Made by a program: the position numbers and the translations under genes | Source of the DNA: Rubripirellula sp. | GTDB lineage: Bacteria; Planctomycetota; Planctomycetia; Pirellulales; Pirellulaceae | NCBI GenBank assembly: GCA_965216875.1 | Contig: OZ244207.1 | Coordinates: 6,720,001 to 6,784,000 of the forward strand | DNA: 64,000 bases | Direction of reading: 5' to 3' | Shown: positions 38,647-47,753 of the stretch, one piece after another | Layout of the letters: every line of letters starts with the position of its first letter | Position numbering within the stretch: position 1 is the stretch's first letter | Notes under the pieces: model-generated | The model's input: only the letters and a program-made list of their open reading frames with translations | Databases searched by the model: none | What the model was told of the DNA's origin: nothing

Positions 38647-39225
38647 TCAGGAGAAGACACCGGCGCCAAAGGAATCGTCGTCGCGGTCGCTATCGGACTG
38701 TGGCATCGACTTTTCACGCTTGGGCCGGTCGATGAAGTGCGGACGCGGAGGACCGCTGACCGGGTCGGACGACGATTTCACGTCGGCTGATTCTGTCTCG
38801 GCCGCCTGTGCTTCATCGTCAAAGTCATCGTCGTAGCGTGACCGATAGCCAGGCTGTTGGTAGCGATCGAGTTCGGCATTGAACTCTTCGATAACCGCAT
38901 TCTGAATCATCTCGCGGCATTCGCTGTTGATCGGATGGGCGACATCCGCATACAGCTTTTGTGGCGAATCGTAATTGTCGCCATCCATCTGCAATTTGAC
39001 GCCGCAATGATTGCAGTAAGTCGCTCGCAAATGGTTTTTGTGTTTACAACGTTGGCAATGGCCCGAAAGTTTGCGACTTGGCATCGCAACAAAAGGGCCA
39101 CTTGTCCCGTCGATGATTTTCAAGTCTCTCACAACGAAACAAGAATCAATGGTGATGGAACAAAAGGCCCTCAGTCGGTCCTCAGAGTCTTCCATCAACT
39201 TGATGCGTATCTCAGTGATCTCCAC
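38647..39225 (-). CDS. spoVG: SpoVG-family nucleic-acid-binding protein with zinc-ribbon insert
   Basis: MEITEIRIK, RAFCSITID, FVAMPSRK, DVAHPINSECR; CQRC...CNHC insert; acidic tail. Confidence 0.92.
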   Translation of the reverse strand: MEITEIRIKLMEDSEDRLRAFCSITIDSCFVVRDLKIIDGTSGPFVAMPSRKLSGHCQRCKHKNHLRATYCNHCGVKLQMDGDNYDSPQKLYADVAHPINSECREMIQNAVIEEFNAELDRYQQPGYRSRYDDDFDDEAQAAETESADVKSSSDPVSGPPRPHFIDRPKREKSMPQSDSDRDDDSFGAGVFS

Positions 39226-39269
39226 AGTCCGACCCTCCCTAACCGGTGAACGGGTTCACGCCGCAAGCC

Positions 39270-40226
39270 TTATTTCAAGTCAGTCTCGATTAACGGCGGC
39301 ACGCAAATGGTCCGTGTTGCAGTAACGATGATCCCTGGTTCAAGCAATGCTTGCAGACGCGCGGCTGCCCGCTTGGCGTCCCCGACATCTGGTGCGATTG
39401 CAAAACATGCCGAGCCACTACCCGTCAATTGACACGTTCTCAGGCCCGTCTGCCACATCGATTTTAGTATTTCGTCGATTCGAGGCGCAATTTCTTGGGC
39501 CGGTTCGGTCAATCGGTTGATCATTTGGCTGCCCATTTTCGCTACATTTCCCGTCTCCAACGACTCCACCAATCCATCAGCACTGCGCGGAACGGAAGAT
39601 ATTCGCGACTTGCCGTAAACCTCGGCTGTCGATGCACTTTGGTTCGGAAAGGCGACGACAAGGTCAATCGGTTGTGCCACCAACACAGGTTCAATCTGTT
39701 CACCACGCCCTCGAGCGCGGGCAGCCGAAATCGGTTCGTTGCCTACCCCCAAAAAGAATGGCACATCGCTGCCGATCTCGGCCGCGATTTCGCGGATCTG
39801 TAGCGACTGTTCGGGGATCTCGCAGAGACGGGCCGCACAACGAAGCGCCGCAGCGGCATCGCTGCTGGCCCCGCCCATACCCGCACCGGCAGGGATGCTC
39901 TTTCGCAATTGGCAGTGGAACCCTGATTCGATCGCAAACGTTTCCCTGAATCGGCTCAGGGCTCGATGGACCAGATTCGATGCGTCGTTTGGGATGGCGA
40001 TCGCATCGGTCGTGGTCGCCAGTCGTTGGGCCATCACTTCGTTGGAAGGAAGCCATGACACATCGAGAGTGATTTCGGGTGCGTCGACACGATCAACTCG
40101 CATTTGGTCGCACCAATCAATCGGCACCATGACCGTGTCGATTTCATGAAAGCCGTCGTCGCGTCGAGCCAACAGTTCGAGGAACAGATTCAACTTGGCA
40201 GGTGGACGGACAAAGACAGATGGCAT
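39270..40226 (-). CDS. ispE: 4-diphosphocytidyl-2-C-methyl-D-erythritol kinase
   Basis: PAKLNLFL, KSIPAGAGMGGASSDAA, GSDVPFF, LTGSGSACF. Confidence 0.95.
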   Translation of the reverse strand: MPSVFVRPPAKLNLFLELLARRDDGFHEIDTVMVPIDWCDQMRVDRVDAPEITLDVSWLPSNEVMAQRLATTTDAIAIPNDASNLVHRALSRFRETFAIESGFHCQLRKSIPAGAGMGGASSDAAAALRCAARLCEIPEQSLQIREIAAEIGSDVPFFLGVGNEPISAARARGRGEQIEPVLVAQPIDLVVAFPNQSASTAEVYGKSRISSVPRSADGLVESLETGNVAKMGSQMINRLTEPAQEIAPRIDEILKSMWQTGLRTCQLTGSGSACFAIAPDVGDAKRAAARLQALLEPGIIVTATRTICVPPLIETDLK

Positions 40227-40232
40227 GGGCTG

Positions 40233-41213
40233 TTACGCAGCTTTGATCGCGGTGATTTGGTTGGCAGCCACATCGCCGTCATCGATCGCGACAATGGTGA
40301 TCCCCGCCCGGCGCGCGGCGGCAAGGGTTTCTTCGCGATCAACGACGATGGTTTTATCAGCCTCGATCACGATTGCTTTGCCACCGGCTTGTTGTACCCG
40401 CTGGATGGTTTGCTGGCCGATTGTGGGCACGTCAAACCGCATGTCCTGTTGTGGCTTGCTGACTTTGACAAGCGTCCAACCACCGCGGCGACAAAGTTCG
40501 CCTGTGCGATCGATACAGGCGTCGGTGCCTTCGATGGCTTCGACGGCGATCACCGTACCATCTTTGATGGTGATGGTTTGTCCGATGTCCATGCCGCCCA
40601 TCTGTTTGGCAACTCGCCAACCCGCCTCGATATCGCGCGACAGTTTCTCGTTGGGTTGTTTGCCAGTTAACGTTCCGTGCTTCACAAGTAACTCCGGTGC
40701 GAAATCGGTGGCGGGAACGATATCCATTTTGGCACGTTGGTAGGCTTCGGTGATGGCCAGTAGCAGGCTGTCATCACGCGCGTCTCGCTTGCGTCCGACC
40801 AAGTAGGGACCAAGTGTTCGAATGCAGGTAAGGTCGGGCATGTGACGAAGCCAGACGGAACCTTGATAGAGCAAGTCTGCTTTAAAAAGCTTTCCGGCCA
40901 TCGTGACCTGCTTGACGCCGGCGCGACGAAAGTAACGCAGGTGCCCGCCAAGTTTTCCAACGCCCGACCAACGAACGTGGTCGCAAATCGATTCCAAATC
41001 GGTGCTGGCGTGTCCGGTGATCGCGATACAACAGACCGAACGGCCGTCGCGAACCACGGCGCGTGCGACCTCGACGGGAAAGCTACCCCATCCCGCGATC
41101 AATCCAACCGGTGGCTGTGATCGTTGCCCTGCCATGATTCGATGCCCAGGTAGGGGGCGGTAACCTCGTTTCTGGTCGATCAAAGCGTGACCAGAGGAAT
41201 CGCGTTGGTTCAT
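40233..41213 (-). CDS. lpxI: UDP-2,3-diacylglucosamine diphosphatase LpxI family
   Basis: GLIAGWGSFP, DIGQT, AVEAIEGTD, KPQQDMRFDVPTIG; ATGA overlap with the lpxD stop. Confidence 0.9.
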   Translation of the reverse strand: MNQRDSSGHALIDQKRGYRPLPGHRIMAGQRSQPPVGLIAGWGSFPVEVARAVVRDGRSVCCIAITGHASTDLESICDHVRWSGVGKLGGHLRYFRRAGVKQVTMAGKLFKADLLYQGSVWLRHMPDLTCIRTLGPYLVGRKRDARDDSLLLAITEAYQRAKMDIVPATDFAPELLVKHGTLTGKQPNEKLSRDIEAGWRVAKQMGGMDIGQTITIKDGTVIAVEAIEGTDACIDRTGELCRRGGWTLVKVSKPQQDMRFDVPTIGQQTIQRVQQAGGKAIVIEADKTIVVDREETLAAARRAGITIVAIDDGDVAANQITAIKAA

Positions 41214-42259
41214 GCGGCTCGCTGTTCCGACTGCGAATCAGGATCAGCAAGTTGCTTTTTGACGGAGTCCATGTCACGACGCAGTTGCTTCAAGTCACGA
41301 CGCATCTCAGGAAGTTTGCGCTCGACTGCCATGATCTGCATCTGCTCGCGCTGGGTCGTTGCGGGCGAGCCAAGATAGGTTTGATTGCCAGGACAATCAT
41401 CCATCACGCCTGCTTGAGCACCGACGATGGTTCCGTCACCCAGCGTGATGTGGTCTTTCAAGCCGACCTGTCCGGCAAGGATCACATAGTCGCCGGTGCG
41501 GCAACTTCCTGCGATTCCGACTTGGCTGCACAGCAGGTTGTGGCGTCCGATTTGGCAGTTGTGTGCGATCATCACCTGGTTGTCGATCTTGGTGCCTTCG
41601 CCAATGGTCGTTGCACCGTAGGTACCACGGTCGATGGTCGCGCCCGCACCCACGTCAACGTGTGATTGAATGTGCACGTATCCAAGTTGTGCTGTGGGGA
41701 CGTGGCGACCGTTTTCGACTCGATAACCGAAGCCATGCGCGCCGATCACGGCGCCAGCATGAATGACAACGTGGTCGTCAAGTTGTGTGTATTCGTAAAG
41801 CGTCACACTGGCGTGCACGATGCAGTCCGCGCCGATCACACACTTGGGCATGATCACCACACCAGGCATGATCATCGTTCGCGCGCCGATGGTCGCGCCG
41901 GCGCCAACGGTCGCCGAGGGATGCACCTGTGCTGTCGGGTCGATTGTTGCCGTCGGATCGATCCCCACGCCCGGGACGGCGTTTTCGATTGGAGGACGAA
42001 ACTCGGCAACGATGGTTGAAAAGGCAACGTGGGGGTCGTCCACGATGATTTGTGGCTTGTCGAGGTCGACCTGGGTCGACGTCACGATCGCGATCGCTTC
42101 GGTTTGGCGAACCGAATCGACGCGGTCTGGATGATCCAGCATCGTGATTTGGTTTTCGCTCGCTTCGGCAGGAGGGTTGGCGCCGGAGCAGAGTAGATTT
42201 CCATCGCCAATCAGTTCGCCGGAAACCAAAAGGGCGAGCTGCTGCAGTGGAATCGTCAT
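41210..42259 (-). CDS. lpxD: UDP-3-O-acyl-glucosamine N-acyltransferase
   Basis: Hexapeptide repeats; GAHGFGY, TIDRG, KIDNQVMIAHNCQIG. Confidence 0.95.
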   Translation of the reverse strand: MTIPLQQLALLVSGELIGDGNLLCSGANPPAEASENQITMLDHPDRVDSVRQTEAIAIVTSTQVDLDKPQIIVDDPHVAFSTIVAEFRPPIENAVPGVGIDPTATIDPTAQVHPSATVGAGATIGARTMIMPGVVIMPKCVIGADCIVHASVTLYEYTQLDDHVVIHAGAVIGAHGFGYRVENGRHVPTAQLGYVHIQSHVDVGAGATIDRGTYGATTIGEGTKIDNQVMIAHNCQIGRHNLLCSQVGIAGSCRTGDYVILAGQVGLKDHITLGDGTIVGAQAGVMDDCPGNQTYLGSPATTQREQMQIMAVERKLPEMRRDLKQLRRDMDSVKKQLADPDSQSEQRAA

Positions 42260-42637
42260 GGCTGAATCCTTTCGACGAATGTCTTGTCCATTCCTTCGGG
42301 AGACATTTCATTGCGGGGGCAAAACGTCAAACGAGGCTATACACGTCAGGGCGAGTTGGCGGCAAGATCGTTTGACGAATCGCGCAGGTCGCAAAAGCCG
42401 TTTTCGGTAGTGGACGAGGCTACGAGTCCCGTCTTCTGCTCTTTCGCGACGCCCTGGGGCTTGAGGCCTCGTCCACTACAGAAACGGGTCGTCTCGACGA
42501 CAGCTGTTGTCAATTTGATTGCGGCCGCAAACCCTTTTGAGGCGAGAAAAGGGGCAAATGGCGTTTGGCATCGAGATTGCATCCCTTGAAAAGAAGTTTG
42601 CTCGATTGCCCGATCGCCTCGCCGCACGGAACGACCG

Positions 42638-43264
42638 ATGACCCAAAAACAATTGCTAGCATCTTTGGCTTTCACGCTGGTCGCTACTTGGGGACAGGCA
42701 CCGACATGGGGACAGGCACCTGAGGGTCAGGTGGTTTCCAAGCAGGTGGTGGGTCCGCTTCCGGAGCTGGCACCGCTTGGCTTCAGTACGGGCCAGCGAG
42801 CACAGATAGCGGCCCTGGCCGATTCAGCACGCCGCGGGCGAGCCGATGAACATTTGGGCGCCCGGCCATTTCGTGCCAGCGAATCGTTACGTCGACGGGC
42901 GGACGAGTATCGCTGTGCAGTTGACGCGTTCGCGAGTCGAGCGTGTCGGTTGCCGCTGGACATTCGCACGCGGTACCAGCTCGACGCGCTCCGGCATTCC
43001 GCCGAGCACCTTGTTGCCGCGTCGCGCGACACCGATCGATTGGACCGAGCACTGATTGTTTGGCGCGAAATCGAGATCCTTCATCCGCTGGTCGAAGAAT
43101 CGGTCTCGGCGATCTACCGAACGCAGTTCCAGGACATCGAACTGGAGCGTCGTTGGGTCGTTTGCGATCAAAAAGCACTCGCCTTCAAAGCCAAGTTCCT
43201 TTTGGCACTCGGCAAGCAGCTGCACCATCCCTCGTCCGTGCTTCGGTACAAGGTCTCGCGCTGA
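42638..43264 (+). CDS. Hypothetical secreted protein
   Basis: Signal-like N-terminus with duplicated TWGQAP; 208-aa ORF. Confidence 0.6.
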   Translation: MTQKQLLASLAFTLVATWGQAPTWGQAPEGQVVSKQVVGPLPELAPLGFSTGQRAQIAALADSARRGRADEHLGARPFRASESLRRRADEYRCAVDAFASRACRLPLDIRTRYQLDALRHSAEHLVAASRDTDRLDRALIVWREIEILHPLVEESVSAIYRTQFQDIELERRWVVCDQKALAFKAKFLLALGKQLHHPSSVLRYKVSR

Positions 43265-43498
43265 TCACGGTCCGGGCGGATCGTTTCCTTTGCCGAGCTG
43301 GCTTTTCCTTAATCGGGCTTTCCCTCGATCCGGCGCCCCGTCGAGGTCGGCGCTTGGCCTGAAAGTAAATGCGTTTGTCGGTGCGCTGCCCTTGCCGGGA
43401 AGAATCGTCTCCGCGAGGGCCAGCGCACTCGATGACGTTGTTTCAGGAGCTACGGCCTAGGTGAAGTGCCTGCCCAGGTTAACCCGCGCTTCAACAAA

Positions 43499-43601
43499 CA
43501 CCCTCCCGCTTGCGGGAGGGTCGGACGCAAAGTCCGGGGAGGGAATCATCCATACAAACCCTCTCAGGGCCTTCGAGCCCGACTTTCCCAAGGGAGCGTG
43601 G
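43499..43601. repeat. Family G (CCCTCCC...GGGAGGG) palindromic doublet
   Basis: CACCCTCCCGCTTGCGGGAGGGTCGGACGCAAAGTCCGGGGAGGG is an inverted relative of 12367-12413; degenerate partner at ~43559-43601. Confidence 0.75.
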
Positions 43602-43630
43602 TTAAACGCAAATTCGATGTGACAAAAAGT

Positions 43631-43659
43631 TTGACGTGCCTTTCGAAAAACCGTACGAT
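43631..43659 (+). promoter_or_regulatory. Sigma70-type promoter for the di-heme protein gene
   Basis: TTGACG-17 bp-TACGAT with A-rich upstream flank, about 130 bp before ATG 43788. Confidence 0.6.
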
Positions 43660-43787
43660 CAGAAAAGTCAGAATGTCTTATTCGCTGTTGATTCGTCCAT
43701 TTTTCCTGTGAATTGCGACTCAAAACGGCCACTGGACGAGCCTCCATGGGCTGTTTCTTTTCCGCTTCCCAAATCGGGTGAATTGAA

Positions 43788-45095
43788 ATGAACGCTTCGT
43801 TTTCTCAGACGTCTTTTGGTTCCCAGCCTCCCAACAGGCGGCGACGAGTGGTTTTCTGTGTCCTCCTCGTCGCGTCAGTCGCCGGCGGTTGGACTTGGAT
43901 GCGGGACCGTGGTCCATCGACCGAAGACATTGCCGCCGGCCGCACCCTGTTTATGCATGAGTGGCAACCGAATGATCCCCTTTCGGGCGAAGGCGACGGT
44001 CTTGGTCCGGTCTTTAACGGCAAGTCGTGTGTCAGCTGTCACTCGCAAGGTGGCGTTGGCGGCAGCGGTGGGATCGACCACAGCGTACTGACGTTTGAAG
44101 TGGACCCCAGCAGCGAACGGACGGAAGTCGTCTCGCACGTCGTGCATTCGCAAGCGACTTCGCCTGAATACCAAGAGACGACCGACACCGTTTCGCAGCT
44201 GTTTCCGATTATCCCCGGCGGCGTGCGCGTGATCGGTGGATGTTCGGTGAGCTTGAGCGATCACAATCCAGTGATTTTCCAACGCATCAATTCGCCCGCC
44301 CTGTTTGGTGCAGGTGTGTTGGACGATGTTTCTGAGATGACGTTGGTGATGCACAACACGCGACGGTTCGGCGAACGTGTGTCGGACGAGTTCAGGGGCG
44401 ATTTCAATCACAACGGGCATGGGTTTGCGAGATCCCACTTTGGCGGAAAGATCGGCAAGTTTGGTTGGAAGGGCCAGCATGCAACGCTCGAAGATTTCGT
44501 AGCCGCCGCGTGTGCGATGGAGCTTGGATTGAGCAATCCTCAAAAGCGTCAGCCGCTACCGCTTCTGCATGACGAAGACAAAGATGCCGAACTTGACATG
44601 ACGCGTGAGCAATTAGATCAATTGGTCTCGTTTGTACGTAGCTTACCTGCACCAAAGCAGATCTTGCCCGACGAACCACTCGCGCGGGAACGAGCGATGG
44701 AAGGCCAGCACCTTTTCCATCAGGCGCGTTGCACCGATTGCCATGTCGAAGACCTAGGCGAAGCCAAGATGGTTTACACCGACTTCCAGCTCTATTCGCT
44801 CGAGCGTCGTGAACTGCGCGGTGGCGCGTACGGTGTTCGTGAGGACCTTGAGTTCGATCGGCCGTTGAACGTGCCACGTCCCGACGACTGGAAGACACCG
44901 CCGCTGTGGGGTGTTGCTGACTCGGCACCCTATTTCCACGACGGTTCGGCGGTCACATTGTCCGACGCCATCAACCGTCACTTTGGCGACGCACGCCATT
45001 CGCTGCGTCTGTACAAAGCATTCAGCAAGGACGAGCGCGCGATGGTGGTCGAGTTTCTCGAGACGCTGAAAGCGCCGCAGATGAATCAGGGTTAG
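43788..45095 (+). CDS. Di-heme oxidoreductase family (DHOR / putative peroxidase) cytochrome c
   Basis: GDGLGPVFN, CVSCH, GKFGWKG, CTDCH, TPPLWG, YFHDG; N-terminal anchor. Confidence 0.9.
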   Translation: MNASFSQTSFGSQPPNRRRRVVFCVLLVASVAGGWTWMRDRGPSTEDIAAGRTLFMHEWQPNDPLSGEGDGLGPVFNGKSCVSCHSQGGVGGSGGIDHSVLTFEVDPSSERTEVVSHVVHSQATSPEYQETTDTVSQLFPIIPGGVRVIGGCSVSLSDHNPVIFQRINSPALFGAGVLDDVSEMTLVMHNTRRFGERVSDEFRGDFNHNGHGFARSHFGGKIGKFGWKGQHATLEDFVAAACAMELGLSNPQKRQPLPLLHDEDKDAELDMTREQLDQLVSFVRSLPAPKQILPDEPLARERAMEGQHLFHQARCTDCHVEDLGEAKMVYTDFQLYSLERRELRGGAYGVREDLEFDRPLNVPRPDDWKTPPLWGVADSAPYFHDGSAVTLSDAINRHFGDARHSLRLYKAFSKDERAMVVEFLETLKAPQMNQG

Positions 45096-45106
45096 CCCAG
45101 CGGCAT

Positions 45107-46525
45107 TCAACTGACCAGCTTTTTCACGACGTGACCGTGCACGTCGGTCAACCTGAACGGGCGACCGGCGTGTGTGAACGTTAACCGCTGGTGATCGATG
45201 CCGAGTTGGTGCAAGAGGGTGGCTTGGATGTCATGCACATGAATCGGATCGGCGATGGGGTGGAAACCAAGTTCATCGGTGGCACCGATGGTTTGTCCGG
45301 CACGAATGCCACCGCCCGCCATCCACATGGTGAACGCTTGTGGGTGATGGTCACGGCCCTGGCTACGTCCGAGTGCCGCGCTCGCTTCGACCATGGGTGT
45401 GCGGCCAAACTCGCCACCCCAAACAACAAGAGTGTCATCGAGCATCCCGCGTCGTTTGAGGTCTTTCAGTAGCGCCGCAGTCGCTTGGTCGGTTTGCCCG
45501 CACTGCCCTTTCACACCGCCAGCAACGTTGCTGTGGTGGTCCCAGCCGGAGTGGTACAGTTGAATGAAACGCACGCCGCGTTCAGCCAGACGGCGGGCGA
45601 GTAAGCAGTTTTTTGCATACGAACCTTTGTCGTCTTTCTTCAAGCCGTACATGTCGAGTGTGGCTTGGTCTTCGCCGGAAAAGTCCATCAACTCGGGCGC
45701 ACGCGCCTGCATGCGGTAGGCCATCTCGTAGGAATCCATCCGCGTCTTGATGTCGTCGACACCGGTGCTTTCAAGTCGTTGCGAGTTGAGGTTGGCAACC
45801 AAATCGATGGTTTGTCGCTGAGTTGCGCGATCGATCCCTGGCGGGTTGGCGACATTCAAGATCGGGTCGCCGCTGCTGCGAAAGGGGACGCCTTGATGTT
45901 CGCCTGGCAAGAAACCGGCTGACCACATCGATGCTCCGCCCGACAAACTTCCGTTGCTCTTGAGAACGACGAATGCGGGCAAGTCGTTGGCTTCGCTGCC
46001 AATCCCATAGCTCAGCCAAGCGCCCATTGCAGGTCTGCCTGGGATCGGGCTGCCGGTGTTGACAAAGATCTGGGCGGGTGAGTGATTGAATTGGTCGGTG
46101 TGGACGCTCTTGATGATCGCGATGTCGTCGACAACGCTTGCAAGGTGCGGCATGATGTCGGCCACTTCGGCACCGCTGCTTCCGTGACGTGCGAACTTGA
46201 ACTGCGGTGCGAGAACGGCAGCGTCGGGTTGGATAAACGCGTAGCGTTGGCCTGCGATTACCGACGGCGGAATGGGTTTGCCCGCCATCTCTTCAAGCTT
46301 GGGTTTGTAATCGAAGAGTTCAAGTTGGCTCGGCGCACCTGCCATAAACAAATAAATCACCCGTTTGACTTTGGCCGGGTGATGAAGCCCGTCAAGTACC
46401 GCCTCGCTACCAAAGGCCGGTCGACCGGTGAGCTGGTCCATGCAAAGCGACGCAAGTGCTACCTTTCCCAGACCGACCCCGCAGGTTTGGAATAGCTGTC
46501 GCCGAGTGATGTGTTGAAGTGTCAT
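45107..46525 (-). CDS. DUF1501 domain protein (Tat-exported)
   Basis: TRRQLF, LFMAGAPSQLELFDYKP, WDHH, WGGEFGRTP, GRDHHP; ATG 46525. Confidence 0.93.
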   Translation of the reverse strand: MTLQHITRRQLFQTCGVGLGKVALASLCMDQLTGRPAFGSEAVLDGLHHPAKVKRVIYLFMAGAPSQLELFDYKPKLEEMAGKPIPPSVIAGQRYAFIQPDAAVLAPQFKFARHGSSGAEVADIMPHLASVVDDIAIIKSVHTDQFNHSPAQIFVNTGSPIPGRPAMGAWLSYGIGSEANDLPAFVVLKSNGSLSGGASMWSAGFLPGEHQGVPFRSSGDPILNVANPPGIDRATQRQTIDLVANLNSQRLESTGVDDIKTRMDSYEMAYRMQARAPELMDFSGEDQATLDMYGLKKDDKGSYAKNCLLARRLAERGVRFIQLYHSGWDHHSNVAGGVKGQCGQTDQATAALLKDLKRRGMLDDTLVVWGGEFGRTPMVEASAALGRSQGRDHHPQAFTMWMAGGGIRAGQTIGATDELGFHPIADPIHVHDIQATLLHQLGIDHQRLTFTHAGRPFRLTDVHGHVVKKLVS

Positions 46526-46575
46526 TTGGATCGTTTTTTGCTGCAAGATGAAGGGTCGATTGTGAGACAATGACG

Positions 46576-47007
46576 TCAGCGTATGATTCCAAATAGCCAT
46601 GACGCCCATTGGATCAAGCCAGTAACGAAGCAACCAATGAGCATGAGGCCAACCAGAGCGCAACCGGCGATCGAAAGCGAATCGCGAATGGGTGTGTCTC
46701 GAAATTCTTCCGGTGGCGAGCGATCAAAGTCGATCGACTCGACGCGTGAGATCACAAACAACTCGAGATCGTAGGGAGCTTCGTTCACTTGGTTCAAGTT
46801 AGGCAGCGGGATGGCCACATCGCGACGACCTGGGGGAATCGGAGTCACAACAAGACGCAGCAGGGCCGCCGCCAACGCAATACAACCATCCCGATCGACA
46901 AGCAGCCATGGCCAGGGTTTGCCGTGCGTGATTCTCGATTCGCCTTCGCGGTCTTGAAGGTACGCGTAAAGCCTATCGGACATCTGTTTGAAATCGTCAT
47001 CGTTCAT
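46576..47007 (-). CDS. Hypothetical protein with C-terminal TM
   Basis: 143 aa; ATGA overlap with the upstream gene. Confidence 0.65.
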   Translation of the reverse strand: MNDDDFKQMSDRLYAYLQDREGESRITHGKPWPWLLVDRDGCIALAAALLRLVVTPIPPGRRDVAIPLPNLNQVNEAPYDLELFVISRVESIDFDRSPPEEFRDTPIRDSLSIAGCALVGLMLIGCFVTGLIQWASWLFGIIR

Positions 47008-47741
47008 GATGCGTCTTCCTTGTCAGCGGATTCACCACGTTTGGAAATGGCCACAAACATGGTGGCGACCGCAAACGACATAACGGCTCCTTGAAACATG
47101 AAATCGCTTCGCAATGTGCCACTGACGCCTGCTGCCAACATGCTCGGTTCGATGAAGCTGTGGTTGGCCCAAACCTGAGCAAACGCGCGTATCGATACCT
47201 GGTTCCAAACAACCATCAGCAGGAGAAAAACGAAACTGATCACACTGACCGTGACGGCGGTTCGTGAAACCCTCGCTTCGGTTTTGGCCATCATGGATGC
47301 GACAGCGACAATCACCGAGGCAACAATAAGCAGGCCGCCGCCGATGATCACCAGGGGGTCGGCAAGCTGAAAGGAGCTCAGGAACGATTCGGGGTCAATG
47401 AGTTCTGACATGGCCAAGTCGCGAAACGCCAGCATCATCATCACGTTCGCCAGGAGAGAGGCGACGGCCGAAAGGAACATCAAAACGGCGCCGACGCCCA
47501 GCATCATTCGTTGCGACCTGTCGCCTTTTCGATTCACCAGAGTCAGTGCCACCATCGCCAAGCCAAACAAAACGGCGCCAACGCCACCCACGGGAGCAAG
47601 CGATGTGACATCGGAGGGTTGGGAATCGGGGTCCAAGCCGATACCGATTTCGGACATCATTCGAAACGGGACCAGCGACGAAAACACCAGCATCAACGCG
47701 CAACCAATGGGCGCTAAGCACACGATTCTTTGTTTGGTCAT
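47004..47741 (-). CDS. 6-TM membrane protein with internal repeats
   Basis: Six hydrophobic segments; repeated AF...(D/E)P loop motif. Confidence 0.75.
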   Translation of the reverse strand: MTKQRIVCLAPIGCALMLVFSSLVPFRMMSEIGIGLDPDSQPSDVTSLAPVGGVGAVLFGLAMVALTLVNRKGDRSQRMMLGVGAVLMFLSAVASLLANVMMMLAFRDLAMSELIDPESFLSSFQLADPLVIIGGGLLIVASVIVAVASMMAKTEARVSRTAVTVSVISFVFLLLMVVWNQVSIRAFAQVWANHSFIEPSMLAAGVSGTLRSDFMFQGAVMSFAVATMFVAISKRGESADKEDAS

Positions 47742-47753
47742 GTTGATCGTGCC

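Noticed and set aside
38647..39225. Sporulation function for spoVG
   Set aside because: SpoVG is a general nucleic-acid-binding protein found in non-sporulating bacteria
43499..43545. GACGCAAAG resembling a c-di-GMP-I riboswitch
   Set aside because: Lacks the upstream GGCAAA/GAAA stem and is explained as a family G repeat matching 12367-12413
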